The notes under the pieces are model-generated. The model was not told the origin of the DNA. It did no database searches and worked only from the letters and a program-made list of their open reading frames with translations. This document shows positions 48,055 to 57,125 of a stretch of 57,523 nt of DNA, one piece after another. Position 1 is the stretch's first letter. Every line of letters begins with the position of its first letter. A program made the position numbers and the translations under genes. This DNA comes from a virus (lineage: Duplodnaviria; Caudoviricetes), in the IMG/VR virus record IMGVR_UViG_3300032268_001051, positions 1 through 57,523 of that record; one strand, given 5' to 3'.

Positions 48055-49722
48055 TTATGACTCTTTGCGTATACTTCTGTCGTAATGTTCAAATCTATCG
48101 TGTTCTGTTGGAGTCATTAACAATAAACCTGAATACAATTTTCCTTGTTTTGTTAACTGATACATATGACTCATCCATGTTTGTTCGTAAGGATGTGCCC
48201 ACGTTGTATCCAAAAACATTGTTTGATTTCCTGTTCTTGAAACCACTTGTGGCCAATTACAATAATAAACTTCACCCTTAGCATAAGGGATTCCTTTATG
48301 TGAATGAACCGATTTGAATAAAGTTCTTGGTGCATTTGGGTCTAATCCTACTTGAGGTAGTTTAGGTTTTTCTGGCCAATATTCAACTCTTAAATGTTGT
48401 GGAACATTATACCAAGACCATTGTGTTCCATTGTCACCAAAAAATTCTGAATAGTTTAGTTTTAAGAAATCAAAATTTTCCTTCTTAATAATTTCCAAAG
48501 TCTTAGAATATAAATTTGGAACAAATCTATTGAATCCATTTCTACAAACTCCGTCTTTCGGATGGAAAAACATATCGTCTTCAAAAAATAAATAATAATC
48601 TAAATCAGTTTGGTCAAAATGCTCAGCAATCCATTGTCTTCCACCACAAATACCTAAATTATCTTTTTTAATATGTTCGAAACCAAACTCATTACAAATT
48701 GCCAAATATTCTTCGGTAGTTGATGGGTCAGTTGAATTATCTAATAAAAACTTTTTAGTTTTTAAAATATAATCTTGGTCGTAAGATAACATTGAATCTA
48801 TTAAAGTCTTGAATTGTTTTGGACTATTGAATCCAATCACATACAATCCAACTTTATTTGTATCTAAATTTGATAATCCTCTTGTTGGATTTTCAGACTT
48901 AACAATTAGTGTTTCATTCTTAAGTTCTTCAAAAAATTTACTTATAAGTCCGTTACCCTCTATTTCAAAATAATTAATTAAATCTGAATGTTTATAACAC
49001 ATGATTGAAAAAATTGATTCTTCCGTCCCCATGTATCCCTCATTTAGAGTTGAACTTAATAATCCGTAGTATATTGAATTTATATCTGCAATTGTGTGTT
49101 TAGGTCCTCCAAAAAATCCACCTCTTGCAACTTTATTAACTTTGTCTCCAGCAATTTCATTTAAAACATGACAATTAAATCCATGAATTTCACTTGTCGC
49201 TTCATATGGAAAACAAACAAATGAAAATTTAGAAATGAATTTAGGTAACTTATCAAACACTTTATCATGTGTAAAATAACCTGGATGAACTGTGTTTGCA
49301 ATACCACCATCAATCCAAAACAAGTATTCTGAATTAAACTGGTCCATAATCTTAGCATCATGTAATAGGAATACCTTAGACATTACCAAAGGATTATAGT
49401 ATTCAAGTCTTGCTTGAGTTGAATCTTTTAACCACCCAACTTGATTTGACCATTCGTCACTATTCCTAATGTTTTGAATTTTGTCGAAAAATTCATTTTT
49501 AAACCAAGAAACGTCTCTAACAATAAATTGAGTATTCTCTGACGTTCTTTTTCTAAAAACAAGTTCCCTTAAACTTTCATCACCAAAAACAATCATGTTT
49601 TCCTCAACCTCCAATAATCTTTCGAATCTATCTAAATAATGTTGATAAGGTCTTGACCATCCTTCAGATAGTTCACCTCTACCAATATCCCATATACCTG
49701 TTACTAAAGTTACTCCGTTCAT
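48055..49722 (-). CDS. Two-domain glycosyltransferase: HtrL/YibB-like plus GT2-like
   Basis: VTLVTGIWDIGR, YNPLVMSK, FWIDGG, GGFFGG and GTEE in the N-terminal domain. LDNS, NLGICGGRQ and FFEDD in the C-terminal GT-A domain. Confidence 0.72.
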   Translation of the reverse strand: MNGVTLVTGIWDIGRGELSEGWSRPYQHYLDRFERLLEVEENMIVFGDESLRELVFRKRTSENTQFIVRDVSWFKNEFFDKIQNIRNSDEWSNQVGWLKDSTQARLEYYNPLVMSKVFLLHDAKIMDQFNSEYLFWIDGGIANTVHPGYFTHDKVFDKLPKFISKFSFVCFPYEATSEIHGFNCHVLNEIAGDKVNKVARGGFFGGPKHTIADINSIYYGLLSSTLNEGYMGTEESIFSIMCYKHSDLINYFEIEGNGLISKFFEELKNETLIVKSENPTRGLSNLDTNKVGLYVIGFNSPKQFKTLIDSMLSYDQDYILKTKKFLLDNSTDPSTTEEYLAICNEFGFEHIKKDNLGICGGRQWIAEHFDQTDLDYYLFFEDDMFFHPKDGVCRNGFNRFVPNLYSKTLEIIKKENFDFLKLNYSEFFGDNGTQWSWYNVPQHLRVEYWPEKPKLPQVGLDPNAPRTLFKSVHSHKGIPYAKGEVYYCNWPQVVSRTGNQTMFLDTTWAHPYEQTWMSHMYQLTKQGKLYSGLLLMTPTEHDRFEHYDRSIRKES

Positions 49723-49725
49723 ATC

Positions 49726-50355
49726 TTATTTTTTAACTCTACAAGTCCAAGCAACGTTCTCAAACGTTTCTTTTTTGTAAATTTCTATATTATTTTTATC
49801 ACTGGCTTCTCTGATATCAGAATCTTGTATTTCATGCCAGTTCCAAACTTTACCGAAAATATTTGATTCAAATACTTCTTTGTTCTCAGCATAATCATGT
49901 GCTAAAATAAAATCTCCTGATTTCACATGTTCAGAAAGAATTTTAAATTCTCCAATCTTCCATCCTCCATCACACAACACAATAGTAATTCCATCCTGTT
50001 TAACAAAATCCACAACTTCTTGTTTTACCGTTAGAGCCGCAAAATCAAAAACGTCTTCGACTCTAACATCAATACCTGAAGTAATCATATCTTTATACCA
50101 AGGGCTTTCTGATATATCATATGATAATATTTTTGTTGATAACCCTAAGTCATCAATACTTAACTTCAAAAAATTTGTGAACCCACCTAAAGCAGTTCCA
50201 ATCTCCAAGATTTGATTTGGTTTTACCTCTTTTAAAAATTCGTAAAATACCTCGTAAGCACCGTGAAATTGTTGTGCAGTATTACCCATGAAACCAGACA
50301 AACTATCATTTTCTTTTAAATTTGTTAATCTAGTTATGTTTTCTTGTATATTCAT
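49726..50355 (-). CDS. Class I SAM-dependent methyltransferase (CmcI / Methyltransf_24-like)
   Basis: KPNQILEIGTALGG, SYDI, LCDGG and LAHDY motifs. Confidence 0.78.
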   Translation of the reverse strand: MNIQENITRLTNLKENDSLSGFMGNTAQQFHGAYEVFYEFLKEVKPNQILEIGTALGGFTNFLKLSIDDLGLSTKILSYDISESPWYKDMITSGIDVRVEDVFDFAALTVKQEVVDFVKQDGITIVLCDGGWKIGEFKILSEHVKSGDFILAHDYAENKEVFESNIFGKVWNWHEIQDSDIREASDKNNIEIYKKETFENVAWTCRVKK

Positions 50356-50357
50356 AT

Positions 50358-51068
50358 TTAAAATCTTTTATAAAATTTAGCGTCTTTAGTAAAGAAACTA
50401 AAGCAATTGTTTAATATATTTTGCCACCCAAAATAACACCATTTAAGATTAGCCTTGACTGACGACATACCTATTTCAACCCCTTCAGCAAATGCCCAAA
50501 CGTTTGATTCAGTTGAATCGTTGGTTAATTTTTCCCAAAAAGAAGTGAATATTTTTAATTTTTCAGAATTCTTGAAAACTAAAAACTGTTCATTTACAAC
50601 ATGACCATTATCAAATTCATCAGTTTCTAATAATTTATAGAAATCTCTTTTATGTCTCCAAAAAGAATTATTTCCATCATGCTTTCCATCACCAATTGAA
50701 TGTGGTCTTTCAAACAACATATCATAATCGTTAGATTCCATAAAACTTATAACAGTATTTATTTTTTCAGTTGAGAACCCGTCTTCCAAGTTCCAATCAG
50801 AATCAACAAAGAAAACATATTCAAATCCTAACTCAGAAGCAACTTTGATTGGCAGATATTTTAAATTGTAATTGAAAAAATTATGAATAAATAATGTTTG
50901 GTTTTCAGGTAATTGAACAAATGTTGTGTTTTTAATCGTAGGAGAATTTACATTTGTTACAACAACGTAATGATGTTCATCTGAAACCTCATTTAATTTA
51001 TTTGCAAAATTTATCGCATTTTGTAAATATTCATCCCCTATTGCTATTGTGCAAAACGCATACCTCAC
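50358..51068 (-). CDS. GT-A fold glycosyltransferase (GT6-like)
   Basis: CTIAIGDEY N-terminus, VVTN, FNYNLK and the DxD motif FVDSD, within the glycosyltransferase operon. Confidence 0.6.
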   Translation of the reverse strand: MRYAFCTIAIGDEYLQNAINFANKLNEVSDEHHYVVVTNVNSPTIKNTTFVQLPENQTLFIHNFFNYNLKYLPIKVASELGFEYVFFVDSDWNLEDGFSTEKINTVISFMESNDYDMLFERPHSIGDGKHDGNNSFWRHKRDFYKLLETDEFDNGHVVNEQFLVFKNSEKLKIFTSFWEKLTNDSTESNVWAFAEGVEIGMSSVKANLKWCYFGWQNILNNCFSFFTKDAKFYKRF

Positions 51069-52045
51069 GATTCAATAACCTTTTCTAAAAAGTTTAATGT
51101 GTAATCAAAACTCATATATTCAGGTAAGGAGTTGTTCACATACATAGGTTCTTCAATATAAGAACGATACAATTCAGTATCACTATCTATTCTTTTTACC
51201 AAATCTAAAAAGTCATCTATATTATCATACTCGTGTAAATTGATAAAACTTTTTGGGTTGAATCCTTCTTCAAGAATAAATTTATTACCATAAAAAATTG
51301 GAATAGCTCCGCTAAAATAAGCGTGAAAAATCTTTTCCTGTAAGATGTATGGTGTATCTGTAAAATGAATTGAAATATTAAATTTATTCTTTTCAAAAAA
51401 TCCAATCTTCTCACGATACCCTAAACCATCCATTCTTCCACTGTAAATGTGATTTATCCATTGATGTCTGTTTAAAGTATCATTTCCAAACAAATTTTGT
51501 TTCCATGGACCAGAAGAATTAACTTGTTTATATTCACAAAGTTTATCAAAAACTTTCTCTCTAAAATCGTTGTGAGATGCTTGTGTTATGGAACAAAACC
51601 CAACATTTCTTTTTGATATAATATCAAAGTTTCTTTTGTCTGTTAACCAATTTAATGGTGAATCAGTTAGTCTTGATTCATCAAATAAAGTCCAAACATC
51701 TAACATACCAGATGGTTGTCTTAGATATCTTTCGTGATTAAATTTTTGGTAACCAATTGACCAATGGTTATCTAAATGTAACATCGAACCAAAGTCAGCA
51801 ACTTCACCTGACACATATAAAAACTTTTTTGATTTATCGTTATGGTCGTGAACTTTTGGGTTTGCCTTTAAAAAAGTATCGATATTGTTTTCATTAAAAT
51901 TTAAATTACTGTAAATAACTAAGTCCGGATTCTCAGCATCAATTACTACATTATATTTTTTCGACAAAACAAAAATAAAGAAACGCATCCAACTATGCAT
52001 GCTTTCGTTTGGAAAGCCTTGCCTTGTAATTTTAATTGTTTTCAT
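51065..52045 (-). CDS. Alpha-1,3-fucosyltransferase-like protein (GT10)
   Basis: NPDLVIYS, SGE, R..F..L.EYKQV.S.G and K..F....KFNISI......YI..EKIFHAY..GAIPIFYG...FNPKSFIN (GT10 motif with substitutions). Confidence 0.8.
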   Translation of the reverse strand: MKTIKITRQGFPNESMHSWMRFFIFVLSKKYNVVIDAENPDLVIYSNLNFNENNIDTFLKANPKVHDHNDKSKKFLYVSGEVADFGSMLHLDNHWSIGYQKFNHERYLRQPSGMLDVWTLFDESRLTDSPLNWLTDKRNFDIISKRNVGFCSITQASHNDFREKVFDKLCEYKQVNSSGPWKQNLFGNDTLNRHQWINHIYSGRMDGLGYREKIGFFEKNKFNISIHFTDTPYILQEKIFHAYFSGAIPIFYGNKFILEEGFNPKSFINLHEYDNIDDFLDLVKRIDSDTELYRSYIEEPMYVNNSLPEYMSFDYTLNFLEKVIES

Positions 52046-52736
52046 TTAAAATGTGTGTTAGTTTAATTGTGTTTTCAGTATGAGGACCATTGTCATGTAT
52101 AATACAAGCATCTAACCCTATAAGTGAAACGTCTTTACCCTCAATCTTAACACTGTCTTTAGTATCTAAAGTGCTAAAAAAGAAATCACGCTCTTGGTCA
52201 ATTATAATACTGTCGTTCAATAAATACTGTATCGTCCATTTACCTTGGTCATCAATACCATTCTGATATTCTTTTTCGATAATCTCTTTAAGGTGATTAA
52301 CAATTTTATCAGTGTAACCAAAATAAGTCCCTGAATTTAGATATTTGCAATCATTAATTGCTCTTTTGTTTTCATACAAGTGAGTAAAGTTTGTTGGAGG
52401 CCATAAACCCTTTTCAGCACCCATTACAACATCACAATTAAGTTTTTGAAATTTTTCAATTAAGTTCTCAGGTGACTTAATAAAGTTTGTGTCTGTTGCA
52501 TCCAAAAACAAAATGTATTCGTAGTTTCCAATAATGTTCGACTCAATATATTCTAAAACTTTAACAGTCTTATAAAAATATAATTTATCATAGTAAGAAC
52601 CATTAGTTATTAATCCTGAGTTTCTTACAACATGAATGTCTTCAGGTGAAAAATACTTTAAAGCATTTTTATAAAATGATGGTTCATAATTTTCGGGGTA
52701 ATCAAATAGTGCGGTTATCAGTGCTATTTTTTTCAT
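52032..52736 (-). CDS. PLOD/LH3-type glycosyltransferase domain protein
   Basis: ILFLDATD, VMGAEKGLWP, KYLNSGTYFG, DDQ, IDQ...FF and IHDNG match the GT domain of procollagen lysyl hydroxylase/glycosyltransferases. Confidence 0.78.
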   Translation of the reverse strand: MKKIALITALFDYPENYEPSFYKNALKYFSPEDIHVVRNSGLITNGSYYDKLYFYKTVKVLEYIESNIIGNYEYILFLDATDTNFIKSPENLIEKFQKLNCDVVMGAEKGLWPPTNFTHLYENKRAINDCKYLNSGTYFGYTDKIVNHLKEIIEKEYQNGIDDQGKWTIQYLLNDSIIIDQERDFFFSTLDTKDSVKIEGKDVSLIGLDACIIHDNGPHTENTIKLTHILNENN

Positions 52737-53343
52737 ATTTCTTATTTAAAAATAAAATATCTTGTTGGATTAATTCATGAGTTAAAGGGTGATTTATATT
52801 ACCAATAATTTCAACAGGATTAAATCCTAAGTCTCCCATATACTGATAAACAAATTCTTTAGTTGGTGCGTTTTGATTATATTCAACAAGAGAAACTTCC
52901 ATCAAAACGGCTTTAGCATTTTTAACTATCTCCAACCCTCCGTTTATTATATCAATTTCAGAACCTTGAACATCGATTTTAATTAAATCAAATGTTTTTT
53001 CACCCAAAAGGTTTGAAAGTGTTTTTGTTTGTTTTTTTTCAATTACGATTTGGTCATCATCGTAGAATGAAGTGTTTTCACGATATATTGAATTACCTGT
53101 GCATCTCGGTTCAGATTTTCTTACATAAAAATTAACTTCTTTTTCTGAATCACTTAACAAACAAATTGAATAATCAACCTTCAATGTTTGTAATGCTGGG
53201 TCACAATTTTCACTACCCTCAATCAAATAATAATATGAATTAGGAAATATGTTTTTAATTTCATTGTAGAATTGACCTACGTTAGCACCGATGTCCAATA
53301 TTGAATTTGGAACAAAATAATTTTCTATTTTTTTTAAACTCAT
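52702..53343 (-). CDS. FkbM-family methyltransferase
   Basis: ILDIGANVG, LIKIDVQGSE, MEVS and QQDILF motifs. Confidence 0.88.
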   Translation of the reverse strand: MSLKKIENYFVPNSILDIGANVGQFYNEIKNIFPNSYYYLIEGSENCDPALQTLKVDYSICLLSDSEKEVNFYVRKSEPRCTGNSIYRENTSFYDDDQIVIEKKQTKTLSNLLGEKTFDLIKIDVQGSEIDIINGGLEIVKNAKAVLMEVSLVEYNQNAPTKEFVYQYMGDLGFNPVEIIGNINHPLTHELIQQDILFLNKKYEKNSTDNRTI

Positions 53344-53344
53344 G

Positions 53345-53941
53345 TTATACTGGTTTTTTAAACAATCCTGTTAATATACCACCTCCACCACATCTGTTGT
53401 CGTAGTAACATTCAATTGTTTCATAATTATTTTTTTCAAACAAATCCTTAAGAGATATTTCATCATAATAAGCAACATGTTGTTCTCCATTATCATACGC
53501 CTCTTTGTAGGGTATTGAAATTACAAAGTATCCACCGTCAATAAGATATGATTTTAACTTCTGTAATACCGCATCAACATCATCGGGATATATGTGCTCT
53601 AAAGTGTGGAAAGAAACTATTGAATCAAATTTTCCATCATATTCAAATTCCAAAATGTTTTTAACAACAAATTCTATTTTTGAGTCAGAATAAGAATTTA
53701 ATTTAGTTTCATATGCAACTTCAATTGCTTCAGGATTTAAATCCAAACCCAAAACATTAGATACATTAGGATTGTCTAAAATTAAAAAAGAACAAGAGCC
53801 GTGATTACATCCAAAATCTAAAACATTACCTAATAATTTATCTTCATAAAATTTTAAAATATTGTTATTTGGGTGGGTTCTCCACTCATCAGGATTTGGG
53901 TCTCTTGTTACATAATTCTCTTTTGAAGTATACCTATCCAT
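53345..53941 (-). CDS. Class I SAM-dependent methyltransferase
   Basis: VLDFGCNHG, GLDLN, FDSIVSFHTLEHI and GGYFVISIP motifs. Confidence 0.88.
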   Translation of the reverse strand: MDRYTSKENYVTRDPNPDEWRTHPNNNILKFYEDKLLGNVLDFGCNHGSCSFLILDNPNVSNVLGLDLNPEAIEVAYETKLNSYSDSKIEFVVKNILEFEYDGKFDSIVSFHTLEHIYPDDVDAVLQKLKSYLIDGGYFVISIPYKEAYDNGEQHVAYYDEISLKDLFEKNNYETIECYYDNRCGGGGILTGLFKKPV

Positions 53942-55209
53942 TAACTTATGTGATTGTGAGTTAATTGACCTGTAATTCTATCACACCATCCTTTTGATTC
54001 TGAGTGAGGCCAAACTACCCAATATGAAGGTGATTCTGATGTTTGGAATTCTCTCCATACTTTACAATACTTATCAGGGTCATTCATCATTCTACTAATT
54101 TCCGCCTTATCAGCATCTTTTCTAAATAAAGTTTTATCTTCTTTGTTATGGAATGCAACTACCCAAAAATCGTAATCTGTTTCCGTAACTTGACTATAAC
54201 CAATATCAATACAATGTTTGAATACTACAGCAAAATCATTTTTCCAATCCTCTTCTGTTTCATAATTATATGGATTTGGTGCATAATTTTTATCTAGTGT
54301 GTATTGTTGAATTGCTCTTTTTTCAAATAAAATTCCCGCATACTTTTCATATTCTCTTAAAGTTCTTTCAGTTCCGAAACCATAAGGACCGTCATGTCCT
54401 TCTTGTTTTTCACCATCCATACCAAATAATTTTCTATTAGTTAAATGAGAAATTCTATTTCTTTCACCCCAACCTTTATCATCATCCCATTGTTTTGTTC
54501 TACCTTTACGAGTATATTCGTGATAAACAACAGGAACGTGAGGATGGAATAAATCATAACCCCATGTGTAAGCTCTTACAGCAATTGAGATTTCTTCTCC
54601 GTGAAAATAATATTCAGGATTGTGTTGAACTTCAGTTGAAAACTGTCCTAATGTAAAACAAAAGTGTGCTGAGTAGAATCTTGCAGTCACAGGTTTTTTA
54701 AGTTCTCTCCAACCTGGAATTGTTTCAGGTAAAAAGAACACAGCACCTTCAGGAATAAATCTATCGAATGCCATTCTCCAAGCATCTTGTGCTCTTCCCG
54801 CAGGGTCATTTTCAGGGTCAAAAGACGGAACATAACCCGTAAGTAGAGGCTTTTTGTAACCGTCTTTTTGTAGACCCTTCATCATTTTGATTAAGGTTTC
54901 ATCCCAATCTTTTTCGAATCTCATGTGAGAATCAATCTGCATTGTATATTCCTCACCATCATACAATTGTTGTGTTAGATTTCTTGCCCAACAAACACCT
55001 TTAGCTTCTTGGTAAGGAATGTCTAAGATTTTAAATCTTTTATCTTTTCTGAATTCATCAAGGTTATCAAACCCATCTGTTTCACTGAATTGTCTTGCAA
55101 TCGAGAAAACCAAGTTTTTCGGTTTCTTTGCATTTGCAATCATATCTTTTAAAGTTGGAACCAATTGAGGGTCTCTGTAACTTGCAATTTGTATAAAAAT
55201 TTTACTCAT
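53941..55209 (-). CDS. Polypeptide GlcNAc-transferase-like glycosyltransferase (GT60 / Gnt1-like)
   Basis: IFIQIASYRDPQL, AKGVCWAR, MQIDSHMRF..DWD, FHGEE...RAYTWGYD, H.Y.R and YGFGTERTL..Y motifs. Confidence 0.85.
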   Translation of the reverse strand: MSKIFIQIASYRDPQLVPTLKDMIANAKKPKNLVFSIARQFSETDGFDNLDEFRKDKRFKILDIPYQEAKGVCWARNLTQQLYDGEEYTMQIDSHMRFEKDWDETLIKMMKGLQKDGYKKPLLTGYVPSFDPENDPAGRAQDAWRMAFDRFIPEGAVFFLPETIPGWRELKKPVTARFYSAHFCFTLGQFSTEVQHNPEYYFHGEEISIAVRAYTWGYDLFHPHVPVVYHEYTRKGRTKQWDDDKGWGERNRISHLTNRKLFGMDGEKQEGHDGPYGFGTERTLREYEKYAGILFEKRAIQQYTLDKNYAPNPYNYETEEDWKNDFAVVFKHCIDIGYSQVTETDYDFWVVAFHNKEDKTLFRKDADKAEISRMMNDPDKYCKVWREFQTSESPSYWVVWPHSESKGWCDRITGQLTHNHIS

Positions 55210-55225
55210 AAATTATATTTGGTAT

Positions 55226-55259
55226 AAAAATAAAAAACCCTCTACAAAAGTAGAGGGTT
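55226..55259 (-). terminator. Intrinsic terminator after the mucin-like gene
   Basis: Minus strand AACCCTCTAC-TTTT-GTAGAGGGTT followed by TTTTATTTTT. Confidence 0.82.
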
Positions 55260-55286
55260 ATATATAATTTTAATTTTTTTATGTTA

Positions 55287-57056
55287 TTAACAACCGTTAG
55301 GGTCAACTGAGTTTACTACTCCTGCTCCTCCAGTTACAAGATACCAAGCAACTCCATTAGAATAATATCCATTAGGTGCTGTTACAGTAAGACCTGAATT
55401 AGAATACAATGTTTCACCAATGTTAGGACCTGGTCCACCAACAAGAGGTGCGTAAATAGCTATCGGTGAAATTGCGAAGTCAGAACAAGCTGTTGATGCT
55501 GACGATGCGTCGTAACCTAAACTATAAGTGTAATATCCAATTGTTTGAGTTGGAGTTGGTGTTAATGTTGGTGTAACTGTTGGTGTTACTGTTGCTGTTG
55601 GTGTAACTGTTGGTGTTGGTGTCGGACTAACACATCCTGTATATCCTCCTGTTTCCGAACCATTTGAAAGTAATTGAACAACTAGACCATTATATGAGTA
55701 GAAACCTGCTAAGTCAGTTGTTGTAGGACCTGAAGCAGAATCATAAAATATAGTGTTTTGGTCAAAGAGCGATTCATCACCCCAAATTGTTATAGAAGAA
55801 CCTCCATGACAAGCATCATATGCTGTTGCTCCAGATGTCGTTAAGAAACTGAATCTAGCATTTGTTGGAGTTGGAGTTGTTGTTGTTGTCGGAGTCACCG
55901 TTGGAGTTGTTGTTGTTGTCGGAGTAATTGTTGGAGTAACCGTTGCAGTCACAGTTGGTGTAGGTGTTTCAGTTGAAGTAGGTGTTTGGGTAGGTGTATC
56001 AGTAACTGTTGGAGTAACAGTGTTAGTTGGAGTCAAAGATATTGTCGGAGTATTTGTAGGGGTTTGTGTTGGTGTTTGAGATATTGTAGGTGTTGGTGTT
56101 ACAATACCGACACAACCATCAGGTTCTACGGCAGTTATTAATCCCGCTCCACCTGTTATTTGATATAATGCAGTTCCATTAGAATAAAATGCATTTGTTG
56201 CTGGAGTTGATAGAGAACTATCGAGATATAATGTTTCACCAATGTTTGGTCCAACGCCACCTGCTAATGTTCCGAATAATGTTTGTGGTGCTACGTTAAA
56301 GTTGTTACATGCATCATTTGTTGTTGTTCCAGTTCCTAATACATAAGTATAATATCCTATTGAAGGAGTTGGAGTTTGAGTTTGAGTTGGTGTGATTGTT
56401 GGAGTTACACTAACCGTTGGGGTCACCGTTGAAGTAACTGTTGGAGTTTGTGTGCTTGTTGGAGTTGGTGTTGGAGTATTACATATTGTAAAGAATCCAA
56501 CTGTTGTTCCTGTTGAATCAACTTGAACAACGTCCGTTCCATCACTATAGTAACCTGTCATATCAATTGATACAGGTCCCGAATCTGAATTATAGAATTG
56601 TGTGTTAGCATCAAATGCTGAGTCTTCACCCCAAATTGTTGTCGAGTTAATTCCTTGACAAGCAATTTCCGCAGTTGTTCCCGAAGTAACTGCGAAGATA
56701 TTTCTCGAGTTAGTCGGTGTTACGGTTATTGTTGGTGTAATAGTTGGAGTAACTGTTGCAGTAACACTTGGTGTTGGAGTTACCGTAGAAGTAACTGTAG
56801 GTGTTGGAGTTGCTGTTGGCGTAACAGATGGTGTAGGAGTGATTTGAAGTGGAGGGAAAACTCCGTCATTAATTAAAACAATTGATTGTTGAAATAATTG
56901 AGCGGAAGAATATGTTCCATTTACAAGCCAAATATTTTTTGTTTGACCTGGTAATAATTCTATTTGATATTGCCAAAGAGTGTCATCACATCTTTGATAA
57001 TTAAAATTTACTGTTGTTGAACCAGTATTCGTTAGTGTATATTTGCTACATGCCAT
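55287..57056 (-). CDS. Mucin-like Thr/Pro-rich repeat protein with Cys-bracketed beta domains (putative virion surface protein)
   Basis: Four long (TPT/TVT)n linkers separate an N-terminal domain and four ~75-85 aa domains in A-B-A-B order. No signal peptide or membrane anchor is visible. Confidence 0.75.
   Translation of the reverse strand: MACSKYTLTNTGSTTVNFNYQRCDDTLWQYQIELLPGQTKNIWLVNGTYSSAQLFQQSIVLINDGVFPPLQITPTPSVTPTATPTPTVTSTVTPTPSVTATVTPTITPTITVTPTNSRNIFAVTSGTTAEIACQGINSTTIWGEDSAFDANTQFYNSDSGPVSIDMTGYYSDGTDVVQVDSTGTTVGFFTICNTPTPTPTSTQTPTVTSTVTPTVSVTPTITPTQTQTPTPSIGYYTYVLGTGTTTNDACNNFNVAPQTLFGTLAGGVGPNIGETLYLDSSLSTPATNAFYSNGTALYQITGGAGLITAVEPDGCVGIVTPTPTISQTPTQTPTNTPTISLTPTNTVTPTVTDTPTQTPTSTETPTPTVTATVTPTITPTTTTTPTVTPTTTTTPTPTNARFSFLTTSGATAYDACHGGSSITIWGDESLFDQNTIFYDSASGPTTTDLAGFYSYNGLVVQLLSNGSETGGYTGCVSPTPTPTVTPTATVTPTVTPTLTPTPTQTIGYYTYSLGYDASSASTACSDFAISPIAIYAPLVGGPGPNIGETLYSNSGLTVTAPNGYYSNGVAWYLVTGGAGVVNSVDPNGC
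55870..55925. repeat. 26 nt direct repeat (period 30) within a Thr/Pro linker
   Basis: GTTGGAGTTGTTGTTGTTGTCGGAGT occurs at 55870 and 55900, encoding TPTTTTTPT twice. Confidence 0.85.
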
Positions 57057-57125
57057 CTTAAATGTTATTTATCTAATAAATACTACGATTTTCTCTAATT
57101 TTATAAAGTAATCTTATTTTATTTC

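Noticed and set aside
39609-55209. Origin from a eukaryotic giant virus, suggested by SET, SNF2, PLOD-type GT, GT60 and family B polymerase
   Set aside because: Contractile tail sheath, tube, baseplate and neck genes, UvsX, gp32-like SSB, operon structure and intrinsic terminators indicate a tailed bacteriophage.
48055-55209. DNA hypermodification role for the glycosyltransferase operon
   Set aside because: Not favoured, though not excluded. No hydroxymethylase, thymidylate-synthase-like, TET/JBP or T4-type glucosyltransferase is adjacent, and the families present act on proteins or glycans.
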